Source of the DNA: Eledone cirrhosa
Lineage: Eukaryota
Assembly: GCA_964016885.1 (NCBI GenBank)
Contig: OZ024743.1
Span: 113,336,001-113,400,000, forward strand
DNA length: 64,000 nucleotides
Reading direction: 5' to 3'
Part shown: positions 37,978 through 50,374 of the stretch, in pieces
Numbering within the stretch: position 1 is the stretch's first letter
How the letters are laid out: the number at the start of each line of letters is the position of its first letter
Position numbers and translations under genes: made by a program
Notes under the pieces: model-generated
Told to the model about the DNA's origin: nothing
The model's input: the letters and a program-made list of their open reading frames with translations, nothing else
Database searches by the model: none

Positions 37978-40087
37978 GTTGCATGACATAGATGATGACT
38001 GGAATTTCTTACGTGACAATTTACTGCAGGCTACTGAAGAAACTTGCGGCTGGAGTAGAGCTCCAACCAGACAGAGAGTGACTTGGTGGTGGAACAGCAT
38101 GGTAGATAGGGCCATTAGAGACAAGAGACTAGCATGGAATGCTTGGGAAAATGGTGGGAGTAGAGAAGATAGACGTCGGGTGTACTTAGCACGCAGGGAG
38201 GCTGAGAGTAGCAGGTTTGCCAATGTTCTGCGACGGTGTTCCGCATTGCAAGGCAGTGTGTCAATGCAAATCAGGATGTTGTTGGAGATAAGTGTGTCCG
38301 GAATGATGCCGGTGTACTTAGTGTAACAAATAATCAAAAAGAGAGGCCTGGAAATGTCATTATGAGAGACTGATGAATGTGGAAAACGAATGGGAGAGAG
38401 AGAAATTACCCCCTGTAGATCTGACAGAGAGACCAGCTATTGAGATTGACGAATATAGGGTCCAAGAGGCAATTAAGGAAATGAAAAATGGTAAGGCCGC
38501 TGGACTGTCGGGGATAGTTGCTAAGATACTGAAGACATCAGGGGACGTAGGCACTAAACTGGTTGCACGCATCATCAATCAAGCTATATATGACGGTGTC
38601 ATACCCAAAGACTGGTGCAGCAGTATTCTCATAAATTGCTACAAAGGTAAAGGGGATGCTCTGGAGAGGAGCAATTATAGGGGCATAAAACTGATGCATC
38701 AGGTTATGAAAATGGCAGAAAGGATATTAGAGCAACTAATTAGAGAAAGGGTCAAACTAGATGAGATGCAGTTTGGTTTTGTGCCTGGGAAAAGTACAAC
38801 AGATGCCCTCTTCTTAATGAGACTACAAGAGAGGTTCTTAGAGAAGAATAAGCCACTATACTTAGCTTTTGTTGACATAGAGAAGGCCTTTGATAGGGTA
38901 CCCCGATCTGTCATCTGGTGGTCCCTAAGGAAACTAGGTGTTGAGGAATGGCGTGTGAGGACAGTGCAAGCTATGTACAGAGGTGCTGTCAGTAAAGTGA
39001 GGGTAGGAATGGAATTTAGTGAGGAATTCCAGATACAAGTAGGAGTACATCAGGGTTCGGTCCTCAGCCCGCTCTTGTTCATTATAATCCTCCAAGCCAT
39101 AACAGAGGAGTTTAAGACTGGCTGTCCATGGAAACTTCTCTATGCTGAGAATCTGGTTCTTATAGGAGAATCAGTAGAGGAGCTAGAGAATAAATTCTGG
39201 CTATGGAAACAGAAGTTGGAATTAAGAGGACTGAGAGTGAACCTAGCTAAGACAAAAGTGTTGATGAGTAGAAAAGAGGACAAAACCCTGATTCCGTCAG
39301 GGAAATGGCCATGTTCGATATGCAGAAAAGGAACTGGCTTAAATTCTATAAAATGTACACAATGCAGATCTTGGGTACACAAGAGATGTAGTGGGATAGC
39401 AGGCAAACTAACAGGTAGGAAAAAATACGTATGCAGTCGATGTACAGGGAAATTTGACAGTAGAAGTCGCATTGATAGACACATTTTTCAAATGCAGGTA
39501 GGTTCTATAGAAGTGGTTGATAGCTTCCGGTACCTAGGTGATCAGACTAGCATGGGAGGAGGGGTGTTCCAAGGCCATAGTAACTAGAATAATGACAGGT
39601 TGGAAGAAGTTTAGGGAGCTGCTTCCTCCGCTGACAAAGAAGGGTTTCTCCCTGTGTACAAAAGGCTGGTTATATGATGTTTGTGTGAGGTGCGCGATGC
39701 AGCATGGTAGTGAGACATGGGCAGCAACTGCAAAGGATATGCGAGGGCTGGAGAGAAATGAAGCAAGCATGCTCCGTTGGATGTGATGAGAGAGAAGCTG
39801 TGTTTAAAAGGGATAAATTGTAGTGTGCGGGAGAGAAAACTGCGATGGTATGGACATGTGATGCGCATGGGGATAAACGCTGGGTAAAGAACTGCCAAGA
39901 AATGCCAGTAGAAGGAAGACCACGAAAAACATGGGCAGAGGTGGTGAGAGCAGACCTCAGAAGCTGAAGCTCACGGAGGAGATGATGTAGAACCGTGACA
40001 AGTGGAGAGATGCTGTGCTGAATAGCACCCATCCCACTCTTGCAAGCAGGGAAAAGCAGACATAAAATGATGATGATGATGATGATA
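37978..40087 (+). mobile_element. 5'-truncated, frameshifted RTE LINE (RT domain, PHD-like finger, 3' end)
   Basis: ORF 38373-39587: NYRGIKL, QFGFVPGKSTTDA, FVDIEKAFDRV, GVHQGSVLSPLLF, with YADD mutated to YAEN; (ATG)n tail. Confidence 0.96.
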
Positions 40088-40224
40088 TATATATTGCTGG
40101 TGCTACAATAATTGCATATACATCATCATCATTTAATATTTATTTTTCATGGCTGCATAGGTTAGATGGACTGTTATGTACTAGGCAGGTGAGTGTCTTG
40201 TTTGGATTCTATGGTTGGACACCC

Positions 40225-40605
40225 TTCATCATCATCATCATCATCACCGTTTTACGTCCGTTCTTCCACGCTAGCATGGGTTAGACGGGTTGTCCTGTTG
40301 TGGGCAGTGTCTGGTCGGCTGACCATGCCTTGCTCATACAGGAACTGATTTGGCTTGATTTCTACAGCTGGATGCCCTTCCTAACACCAACCTCATTTAC
40401 AGTGAGTGCTGGGTGCTTTTTCGTGGCGCCTACACGTCCACTTTACAGTGTGGGCTGGGTGCTTTTTTGCCGTGGCACCTCCACGACCACCTTGCGGTGG
40501 GGGGTGTGGGGGCATATTGTCTATATGCTTCAGCTTGTACCCATGGGAAGTCGGGTACTCTGTATTACTGCGTGACGCCAGAGGTCACGGTCGTGTGTCA
40601 TTGCC
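40225..40605 (-). mobile_element. Young RTE 3' end copy
   Basis: Almost identical to 62790-63245. Confidence 0.88.
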
Positions 40606-40609
40606 TTTG

Positions 40610-40850
40610 TGCTAACCACTTTAAGGCATGTAACATGCAAGTGGCTGAGCATTCCTGAAACACGTGTACCCTTAACGTAGGAGATTCAGTGTGACACAGA
40701 ATGTGACAAGGCTGCCCCTTCGAATTACAAGTACAGCTCATTTTTGCCTGCAACGTGAAATAAAGTGTCTTGCACACTGCCGGGAATCGAACTCACAACC
40801 TTACAATCATGAGCTGGATTCCCTAACCACAAAGCCACGCGCTTCCACAT
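40610..40850 (-). mobile_element. tRNA/CORE-like SINE (third tail type)
   Basis: Minus strand GCGTGGCTTTGTGGTTAGGG..GAGTTCGATTCCCGG..CAAGACACTTTATTTCACGTTGC. Confidence 0.75.
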
Positions 40851-41024
40851 TATAATATATATAATCCTCATCATTTAACATCCACTCTTGCACCATGCTG
40901 GCATGGGTTTGACCACACACACACATACATGCACACACACACACACATCAGAATCATATTTATCAAATCTAAAAGCAAATTTAATGTACATTTGTTTTTC
41001 CCCCCATCTTTAGTAATCAGCTTC

Positions 41025-41540
41025 TTTTTATCCCTTTCTCTATCTCTCCCTCTCTTCCTTTCTTTCCCTCTCCCTTTCTTTCCCTCTGCCTTTCTTTCTC
41101 TCTCCCTTTCTTTCCCTCTCCCTTTCCCTATCTCTCCCCTTCTCTCTCTCTCCCTTTCCCTCTCTCTCTCCCTTTCCCTATCTCTCTCTCCCTTTCTCTC
41201 TCTCTCTTTCTCCCTTTCTCTCTCTCTCCCTTTCTCTTTCTCTCCCTTCCCCCTCTCTCTCCCTTTCTCTCTCTCTCTCTCTCTTTCTCTCTCTCAACCT
41301 TTCTCTCTCTCTCCCCTTCTCCCTTTCTCTCCCCTCTCACTCACTTTCTCTCTCTTCCTCTATCTCTCGCTTTCTCTCACTTCTTCTATCTCACTTTCTC
41401 CCCCCCCCCTCTCTCTCACTTTCTCTCTCTTCCCCTATCTCTCGCTTTCTCTCACTTCTCCTATCTCACTTTCTCTCTCTCACCCCTCCTTACTGCCCCA
41501 ATCTTTCAGACTTTCTCTCTCTCTTTTTCTCTCTCTCATG
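41025..41540. repeat. (CT)-rich polypyrimidine tract
   Basis: Degenerate (CT)n. Confidence 0.92.
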
Positions 41541-41619
41541 GTCATTTTCTTTTTTTCTTTTGTTTCAAGCCAAAGTGCTTCATTGATCTGTGTTTCTGCT
41601 TTGATGTTGTTATTGTTGG

Positions 41620-42320
41620 TAACGGTGGTGTTAGGGTGGGGGTGTTGTTGTTGTTGTTGGTGGTGTTGGGGCTGGTGTTGGTTGCATAGCTGTGGTGTTA
41701 GGGTGTTGTAGTTGGTTGTGTAGGGGTGGTGTTATGAGTGGTGTTGGGTGGTGAGGTGGTGTTGATATCAGTGATGTTGTGGTGATGATGATGTTGCTTT
41801 TGATGGTTATGTTGGTGTTGGTGGTGTTGGTGTTGCTGGAGATGGTCATATTGGTGGTGCTGGAGATGTTGGTGGTGATCTTGGTGGTGCTGGTGATGTT
41901 GGTGTTGGTGGTGCTGGAAGTGATGCTGGAAGTGATGGTGGTGTTGATGATGCTGGAGATGTTGGTGGTGCTGGATATGTTGGTGGTACTGGATATGTTG
42001 GTGGTACTGATGATGTTAGTGGTGCTGATGATGCTGGTGATGCTGGAGGTGATGGTCCTATTGGTCGTGATGGTGGTGATGGTGTTGGTGCTGTTGATGA
42101 TGTTGGTGATGTTGGTGGTGATGGTGGTGTTGGGGTGTGTGTGTTGTGCTTGACTCCAATGCTATTTTTTTTTCGAAATTTGATGACAAAGCAAGAACTG
42201 TTCACTAATATCACCACCACCACCACCACCACCACCACCATCATCATCCTCACTATCATCATCACTATCATCATCACCAACAACAATAGCATCATCATCA
42301 TTATTATCACCACCACCTTT
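41620..42320. repeat. (GGT/GAT) tract with 18-bp units, followed by an (ACC/ATC) tract
   Basis: GATGTTGGTGGTGCTGGA repeats; complementary triplets at 42210-42320. Confidence 0.88.
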
Positions 42321-42757
42321 ATCAGTAAACTGCAGTAGTGCTCCAACATCTAATACTACCACTCACCATTACCTCTCAATTTGTCACTCCAGTACCTCTG
42401 GCCTACCCCCACACGCAACTTCAAGTACAACAAATCATACTTTTGTCTCCTTTACTTCTAATCTCTTTATCCCCATCTTCTCCTTTCTAGCAGGGACCCC
42501 CCCACCCCCACCCCACCCCCAGGCATTAAAAGATGATGATGATATTTAGTTAGAGAGGAAAGGTCAATACCCATGACTCTGTTCAGCATCTCTGAGACTT
42601 GCTGGAAGAATGGTGGAAGATATCCTCAAACTGGAGACATGGTCCAAATACTTGCAACAGAGTGAACTCTGCTAAAGACATCCAAGGGCCAAATGTTAGG
42701 GTTTGACTGGGTCTCCCCTCCTCCTCCTCTCCCTTCTTTTGCTTCTTTTTTCTATTA

Positions 42758-43050
42758 TTTCTTCTTCTTCTTCTTCTTCTTCTTTTTCTTCTTTTTCTTC
42801 TTCTTTTCCTTCTTCTTCTTCTTCTTCTTCTTCTTCTTCTTCTTCTTCTTCTTCTTCTTCTTCTTCTTCTTTTTCTTCTTCTTTTCCTTCTTCTTCTTCT
42901 TCTTCTTCTTCTTCTTCTTTTCTTCTTCTTTTTCTTCTTTTTCTTTTTTCTTTTCCTTCTTATTCTTCTTCTTCTTTTCCTTCTTCTTCTTCTTCTTCTT
43001 CTTCTTCTTCTTCTTCTTCTTCTTCTTCTTCTTCTTCTTCTTCTTCTTCT
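42758..43050. repeat. (TTC)n microsatellite
   Basis: ~290 bp of TTC with few interruptions. Confidence 0.97.
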
Positions 43051-43227
43051 CCACTGATAAGCTCTACTTAGTGGTTTCATTTTAATAAACTTAATAGATT
43101 TTTAAGATCCCAGCAGATAATCCTTCCACCTTCTCAAGCTGTGTGAATATTTAGGATATCTATACATACTGTATATATATATCATCGTTTTTATGTATAC
43201 TTTTCCATGCTTGCATGGTTTGGATCT

Positions 43228-43275
<48 letters not shown>

Positions 43276-44489
43276 CTGTGTAGGGGTGTATGTGTTTATT
43301 ATATTATATATTATCATCATCATGGTTTCTACATTCATTTTTCCACACACACACACACTTACTATCTCCTTGAAATGTACAAATCACCAATATGACTACA
43401 TCACATTAATAATTAAAGTCATTAATAGTTCAAATTTTGACAATAATTTTGCAAAAATACTATATACATTTGAATTAGCAAACTTGCTTATAATATATTT
43501 TCCACTAAATCATTACAAGTTCCTCACCATTTCACATCTAGTTTCCATACTTGACAAATCAGATAGTCAGATCTTGCTCCTTTGTTTCATTTTAGCATAA
43601 TTTCTATGGCTGGATGCCCTTCCTAACACCAACCACTTTCAGTCATCTCATACAACATGCAAGGATACAATATATATATTTAAAAATGAGGTTACACATG
43701 GCATTTCATAGATACATCATGATGACTGCAACTCGATTTTGAGTAATGCCATCACTTGATACTTAAGCATGAGCATAATGGACGTGGCTATAGAATGCTG
43801 CAAGGGACTTGCCTATGGCCAGCAATACCATGAATTGCAAAAAAATGTCATATATCAAGCGATGTCTGTGCTTGAATCTTTTTTAAGTAAGGAAAGGTTA
43901 TGCATGGGGCCAATCCCACTCCCAGAACATTGAATGCATTTACCCAAAAAGTAGAATTGGTCTACCTCATTGGATGCAAATGAAGTCGCAAATTTTATAT
44001 CAGAGTGACCTTCTCCTAGAGAGATGTCTTAATGAAGACTAGGAGTCTCTCACACACAAAAAAAAAAAATCTTTATTAGATGGCCATTGACTCTCCTGAG
44101 TTCCTCTGCCCTTTGACAGGTTTTGTTTTTCATCCTGCAGAGTGACTAAAATCACCATCCTCACCAAAAAAACTTGGAGTTGCCAGTTTAGTTGCCAATG
44201 ACCCGACCATACACAGGTTGTACTGGGTTACATGTTACCAGTAGTGCCGAAGAGCGACCTGACATACATACATAAATATATACATACAGCCAGACATGCT
44301 CACATACATACAAAGAGTAAAAACCCAGATGAGGAAAGTTATGCCTGCACAGTTTCAAGCTCAATGCAGTTGACAATCAGCAAAAAGGTTTAATCAATTC
44401 ATTACAGATATAATCCACACAGCATTAAGAATTAAACTTTGACTAAACAAATCTGGCATGTATGAATGGAAAGGCATAGAGCAGACAGA

Positions 44490-44842
44490 TAATGGTTTCT
44501 GATTTAGGCACATGGCCAACAATTAAAGGAGGAAGGGAAAGTTGAGTAAATCAACCCTAGTGCATTACAGGTACTTTATTTTATCGACCCTGTATGGATG
44601 AAAGGCAAAGCTAACCGTGGCAGGATTTGAACTCAGAATGTAAAGGCGTGTAACTATATGCCCCAAATCATGTTGTCTGATGTTCTACCTGTGTTACCAA
44701 TCCACCAATTTCACAGATAATTGTTTCTACGTTAGGCACAAGGCCAGCAATTACCCAGTGCATTACTGGTACTTTATTTTATCGATCCCGTAAGGATGAA
44801 AGGCAAAGTTAACCTCGGCGGTTAACCAATTTCACAGATAAT
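44490..44842 (-). mobile_element. Two adjacent Meta-like SINEs; the second is truncated and has an 18-bp TSD
   Basis: ACCAATTTCACAGATAAT at 44704-44721 and 44825-44842. Confidence 0.85.
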
Positions 44843-44968
44843 AATAGATAGATATCCAAGATGAAACAGATAAGACATTTTATTTTATTTTACACGTTTC
44901 TACAAAAAAAAAAAAAATGAAAAAATAGAAATAGTGAAAAAGCTCACTCAAACTCCATTATTGATATA

Positions 44969-45062
44969 TACAGGATGTCCCCTCAAAAATGTATGCTCTA
45001 TTCTAATAACTATTGCCTGTACAGGTAATCAAAGTGTGTATAATTTGTTGGGACACCCTGTA
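44969..45062. mobile_element. Tc1/mariner-type MITE copy
   Basis: TA-CAGGATGTCCC ... GGGACACCCTG-TA. Confidence 0.72.
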
Positions 45063-45110
45063 GATGTGTCGATATATAACAGTCTGAACATTGATTCAAT
45101 GAATTGGGTA

Positions 45111-45415
45111 TTAACCCTTTAGCATTTACATTACTCTAATTATACATTTCTTCCATAAATCTAAGGCTCTATGCTTATGTAAAAATCATTCAACCCTTTA
45201 GCATTGACATTACTCTATATTTACTATTGTATTTTCATGGTAAAGGCTTTATTGCACATAATTATCTCACACAATATCGAATCTATGTAATTTTGATATT
45301 ATTTATTTTGAGAATACTTTAACATCACTATGAGTGGTCAGTTACGGCCAGTTTGAACAGAAAAAGGTGAGAGAATTCGGGCCGGATATGGCCAGTTTAA
45401 ATGCTAAAGGCTTAA
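45111..45415 (+). mobile_element. piggyBac-type MITE (orphan left end plus a full copy at 45190-45415)
   Basis: Two CCCTTTAGCATT left ends and one right end. Confidence 0.78.
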
Positions 45416-45889
45416 ATATTAATTTCATTCAATCACTGTGTAATTACGAAATTCACTTTGTAATTATGACGTTCCTGGTTTAATCCTACTGCATGGCTCC
45501 TTAGGCAAGCCATCTACTTGAGCCACAGTTTGATCAGTACCATGTGAGTGGAATTTGTTAATAGAAACAGAGTGGAAGCCTGTCATTTGTGTGTGTGTGT
45601 GCATGTGCGTGTGCGTGTGCATATTAGTGTAAACTAATGTGTTAAGTTTCATCCATTTATGTCAAAACAGTAATTTCACCATTCGACAGAGATCCCAAAT
45701 AAATATTGGGGATGATATAATCTACTAAAAACCTTAGAACAGTACTCCAGCATGGCCAGAGTTCAATAACTGAAACCAGTAAATTAATAATAGAATATAT
45801 GTGGACATGCTTCATATTTATATCATCATCATCATGATTTAACATCCAATTTCCTCTGCTACACATATTTATATACATTACTCTCTCTC

Positions 45890-45960
<71 letters not shown>

Positions 45961-45968
45961 TATGTATG

Positions 45969-45999
<31 letters not shown>

Positions 46000-46012
46000 G
46001 TATATATATATG

Positions 46013-46048
<36 letters not shown>

Positions 46049-46054
46049 TGTATG

Positions 46055-46100
<46 letters not shown>
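45890..46100. repeat. (TA)n/(TATG) microsatellite
   Basis: Direct observation; other long TA tracts include 37820-37977. Confidence 0.95.
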
Positions 46101-46106
<6 letters not shown>

Positions 46107-46444
46107 ATCAAGTATTTAATCGTCTTCAATCTTGATTATTGGAAACATTGAAAGTGTTGAAAATCTTAAGAGCGTTTATTTCTTATCTGTTTCTTGTATC
46201 AGCAAAGAATTTACCATATTTTAACATATGGTAGTAATGTATGTTAGTAATTTGTAGCTGGATACTTCATTTCTTTAGTTTGTTTTAGCTGTCACAGTTA
46301 CGACCATACTGGAGCACAGGAAAAGGATGAAAGGCAAAGTTGACTTCTGTGGGATTTCAAATTTTTGATAGCAACCCACCCACCCAAAATTACCTCTGGT
46401 TCTATAAAACAAAACCACCAATTTCAAAGGATTCCAATTTAAAT

Positions 46445-46842
46445 TTAATCCTTTAGCATTTACATTACTCTTTATTTTCTATTATATTTTCATGGTAAAC
46501 ATTTTATCTTATATTGGTAGAGGGTCGGACGCCATGCTTTTCAGCATAGAGTTATGGCCCTTTATGGTCTAAGTTCAAATCCCGCCAAGGTTAACTTTGC
46601 CTTTCATCCTTGCGGCGTTGATGAAATAAAGCACCAGTAATGCACTGAGATAATTGCTGGCCTTGTGCCAAAAGTAGAAACAAATTTTATTTCACATAAT
46701 ATTGAATTTATGAGATTTTGATGTTATTTATTTTGAGAACAATACCTTAACACAAGTATGAGTGGCTGGTTACGGCCGGTTTGAACAGAAAGAGGTAAGA
46801 GAATTCTGGGCAGATAAGGCTGGTTTAAATGCTAAATGTTTA
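46445..46842 (+). mobile_element. piggyBac-type MITE interrupted by a Meta-like SINE (46513-46686)
   Basis: MITE halves flank the SINE. Confidence 0.8.
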
Positions 46843-47762
46843 TGTCTTCCAGCAGAATTTTATTGCTTTGTGAATCCTGGTTTTTAGAATAGGCACACCA
46901 TATCTCTGCATGTTATACTAGATGACTAAAAGGGTTGGCTTCAGGAATGACATCTCTCAGAGCAATCTGTCAAACCCACACCAGCATGACAAAAATGTCA
47001 GACCTTTATTTTAAGTTGTTTTGCAAATACCATGTTAATAATGAAGTAACTAATAATTATAATAAACCATTCTAAATTCTTTATTATTTAACTGAAAAAC
47101 AGTGTATTTCAATAAACATGTTTTAATGAAAGGGTTAAACTCCAAAAGCAGAATAAATAAAGCAAAGAATCCCATGCAATACTCTAACATTTCTGACAAT
47201 TCTTTTAATATCTGTTAAAAAAGTTAAAGAAAAAACAAAATCAAAACACCTTGAAAAAAACAACAATAGTAATTGGAGCAAAATCAACGTTTATGGTCCA
47301 GTGGATATTCAGTCTAAATTGACATGAAAGGCTAAATGTAACTGAGCTTAACAAAAATCTGATGATCAGAAGTATTGACTGATGTATGTAGTTGAGATGA
47401 TAACACTTGTATTAGAACATATAGTATAATAAATAAAATAGTAAATGCTAGGGTTTAACAATAGAGACTATCTATGTTTGGATTAAACCAATGAAATACT
47501 TTGGAGAGAATTACTAGGTCAGATCTGTGAACATTAAACCACATAGGTGAAACTGTGCAAGACCACAATGGAGATAAATTCTTAAATACTGTTTTGCAGA
47601 TCAATTCAAACCAACAGGGGAAAAAAGGCTGCTAAAACAGTATATGTATGTGTATGCATTTGTCTATATAGACCTGTATATTTGTGGTTGTGTGTATATG
47701 GATGCACAAGTATTTATATGGAAGTTTGTGTGTGTTTGTTGATATGTATATATATGATTGCT

Positions 47763-48060
47763 AGGCACATGGCTTAGTGGTTAGAGCATTGGCCTTGCAA
47801 TCAAAAGGTTGTGAGTTCAATTCTCAGACCGGATGATGTGTTGTTTCCTTGAGCAAGACACTTTATTTCACATTGCTCCAGTTTACTCAGCTGTAGAAAT
47901 GAGATGATAGGGACTGGGGTCCCTATCATTCCACTGCAAAGTGGTTGTGGAGGTGCCATGGAAAAAAACACCCAGCACTCACTGTAAATGAGGTTGGTGT
48001 TAGGAAGGGCATCCAGCTGTAGAAATCAACCCAGAATCAGTTCCTGTCCCACCCTTAAAG
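47763..48060 (+). mobile_element. tRNA/CORE-like SINE with an RTE-derived tail
   Basis: A-box TGGCTTAGTGG, B-box GAGTTCAATTC, CORE-like CCTTGAGCAAGACACTT, then the RTE UTR core. Confidence 0.85.
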
Positions 48061-48111
48061 CGGTGTTTGTCTAGATCTGTAGACCTGTATATTTGTGGGT
48101 ACATGTATAAC

Positions 48112-48152
<41 letters not shown>

Positions 48153-48156
<4 letters not shown>

Positions 48157-48533
48157 TCATCACCGTTTAACATTCAATTTCCATGTTAGCATGAGTGAGA
48201 TGAGTTGCCTCGTTGTGAGACAAGCCAGGTCAGATGACCATGGGTTGGTTTCTACAGCTGGATGCCCTTCCTAATGCTGACCACCTACATGACCACATTA
48301 CTGTGTGGATTGACCGTTTTTTTGTCATGGTACCAAAACAACTACTTTACAGCATGGACTGGGGACTTGGTTGGGGGAGGTGTGTGGGGATTGAAGAGGT
48401 ATATATAGGGACATGAGTGAGAGGGTTTTAGGACGTGAGAGATGTATAGAAGGGGAATGGAGGGGAAGGTGGTACATACTAGATATATGCTTCAACCCGT
48501 GCACATGGAAGGTGGGTTTTCTGTATTACTGCA

Positions 48534-48535
<2 letters not shown>
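48153..48535 (-). mobile_element. RTE ORF end plus 3' UTR copy
   Basis: Shared UTR core and ctgtattactgc ORF end. Confidence 0.75.
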
Positions 48536-48594
<59 letters not shown>

Positions 48595-48637
48595 ATGGAT
48601 GTGTATTTATATTTTAGTACTTGTGTGTGTGTGTATG

Positions 48638-48672
<35 letters not shown>

Positions 48673-48730
48673 GTTTAACGTCCATGTTCCACACTTGCAT
48701 GGGTTTGTGTGTATGTATATATATATAGAG

Positions 48731-48822
48731 AGAGATATGTAAAATCCCGACCGCGGCGCCAAGTGGTTTTCGCTTGTGTGTCGAACCCACTTGGTGCCAC
48801 AGTCGAGATTTTACATATCTCT
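48731..48822. repeat. ~42-bp-arm GC-rich hairpin
   Basis: 48731-48772 versus 48782-48822. Confidence 0.9.
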
Positions 48823-48908
48823 ATACCCACTCTATATCTCCCCATGTATCAAGTACTCACATGATTAGTGGTCTCTTCAGTCTCAGCGCTGAAGACCCCC
48901 CTTCCCCT

Positions 48909-48941
<33 letters not shown>

Positions 48942-48986
48942 AAAATGCATGTGTATTATACATCAATGCTAGTGTATGTGTTTATC

Positions 48987-49071
48987 TGTATAGATTTGTA
49001 TATTTTTGGATGTCTGTGTATCTCTGTGAGTGTATATATGCATATGAATGCATGTATATCGATTTGTGTGT

Positions 49072-49115
<44 letters not shown>

Positions 49116-49249
49116 ACACACAAATAGATATACATGCATTCATATGCATATATACACTCACAGAGAAACACACACAAATAGATATACATGCATTCATATG
49201 CATATATACACTCACAGAGATATACAGACATCCAAAAATATACAAATCT

Positions 49250-49254
<5 letters not shown>
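48987..49254. repeat. Palindrome centred on a (TA)n tract
   Basis: The left arm (~90 bp) is mirrored on the right, with a ~54-bp tandem duplication in the right arm. Confidence 0.9.
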
Positions 49255-49291
<37 letters not shown>

Positions 49292-50374
49292 TCATATGTG
49301 AATACACTTAAAGTCTTATGCTCTCTCACAGCACCTCATTTATACTCATGCATGCACACACATATATACACATATACTTACTCATGCACACATACATACA
49401 CAGCCACTAACAGCTTGTATAGATCTATAAATAAATGAGATCTAAAATCTAAAGATAACTGATGAATCTACCAGTCAATGGAGTCATTCTGCAATTTTGA
49501 AGAAGATATAAGGGTTTAGGATAGGAGGGGCAGTAGGAAAGAAGAGCAAGGAGGAAGAAAATAATAATACCCACATGTATCATGGATGTATGTATGTATG
49601 TATGTATGTATGTATGTATGTATGTATGTATGTATGTATGTATGTATGTATGTATGTATGTGTATGTGTGTGTAAATGGCCTCTTGCTTAAACTCCCATG
49701 AAACCTTGCAATTGTTAAGAGACATCAAAGAAGTTGTTTCAATCAGACAATGTTGGCCATCAAACAACACTAACAACAATAACAAACAACAGTATCACAC
49801 ATTAACAAACAAACAAACAAAGCACATAAACTAAGAATATATAATATAAACAATGATTTATCAATGATATTATTATTTTTTTAAATATGTTTAAGGAAAT
49901 AGACATTTTTGCCTGCTCAACTTTTCTGAATGCTAAATGAAATAAAATCAAATGTAATATCATAAGAATAAAATAATAGAATGGAATAGAAGAATAGAAC
50001 AGAATATAGAGAATATTGTATCAATAGCTGGCATTGAAGCATATTGGGAAAACTTTGATTTATTTATATTTATTTTTGTTTTTGCTTTACTCATTTATTT
50101 AACATTTTGTTGTTCATTTGTTTGTTTGCCTGCCCCTCCCCCCTACACACACACATACACCTTTTTTAATTCTCTAATGCAAGTTTCATGCAGCTCTGTT
50201 GCTGTGTTTTTCTGTATTCCATAAGCAAACACTCTCCAAATATCTCGATATCTCTTCTTTTCTTCTTCTTCTTTGTTTTCCCTTATCTTAGTTTATCTAC
50301 AGACTACAAACATGTAGTTTCAATGATGAGCACGGTTCAGTTGGAAGGTTTCGGAAATGAGCTTGGAGTGCTGC

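Noticed and set aside
38373-39587. Active reverse transcriptase, retron or DGR
   Set aside because: The motifs are those of a eukaryotic RTE LINE; YADD is mutated, the copy is frameshifted and the endonuclease is missing.
40225-40605. Segmental duplication with 62790-63245
   Set aside because: Identity stops at the element boundaries, so these are two young copies of the same RTE 3' end.
42583-43085. Poly-Arg/Lys/Ser/Phe ORFs (protamine-like)
   Set aside because: Artefact of the (TTC)n microsatellite.
47763-47835. tRNA gene
   Set aside because: A and B boxes are present, but it continues into SINE core and tail and no clean cloverleaf is evident. It is a SINE head.
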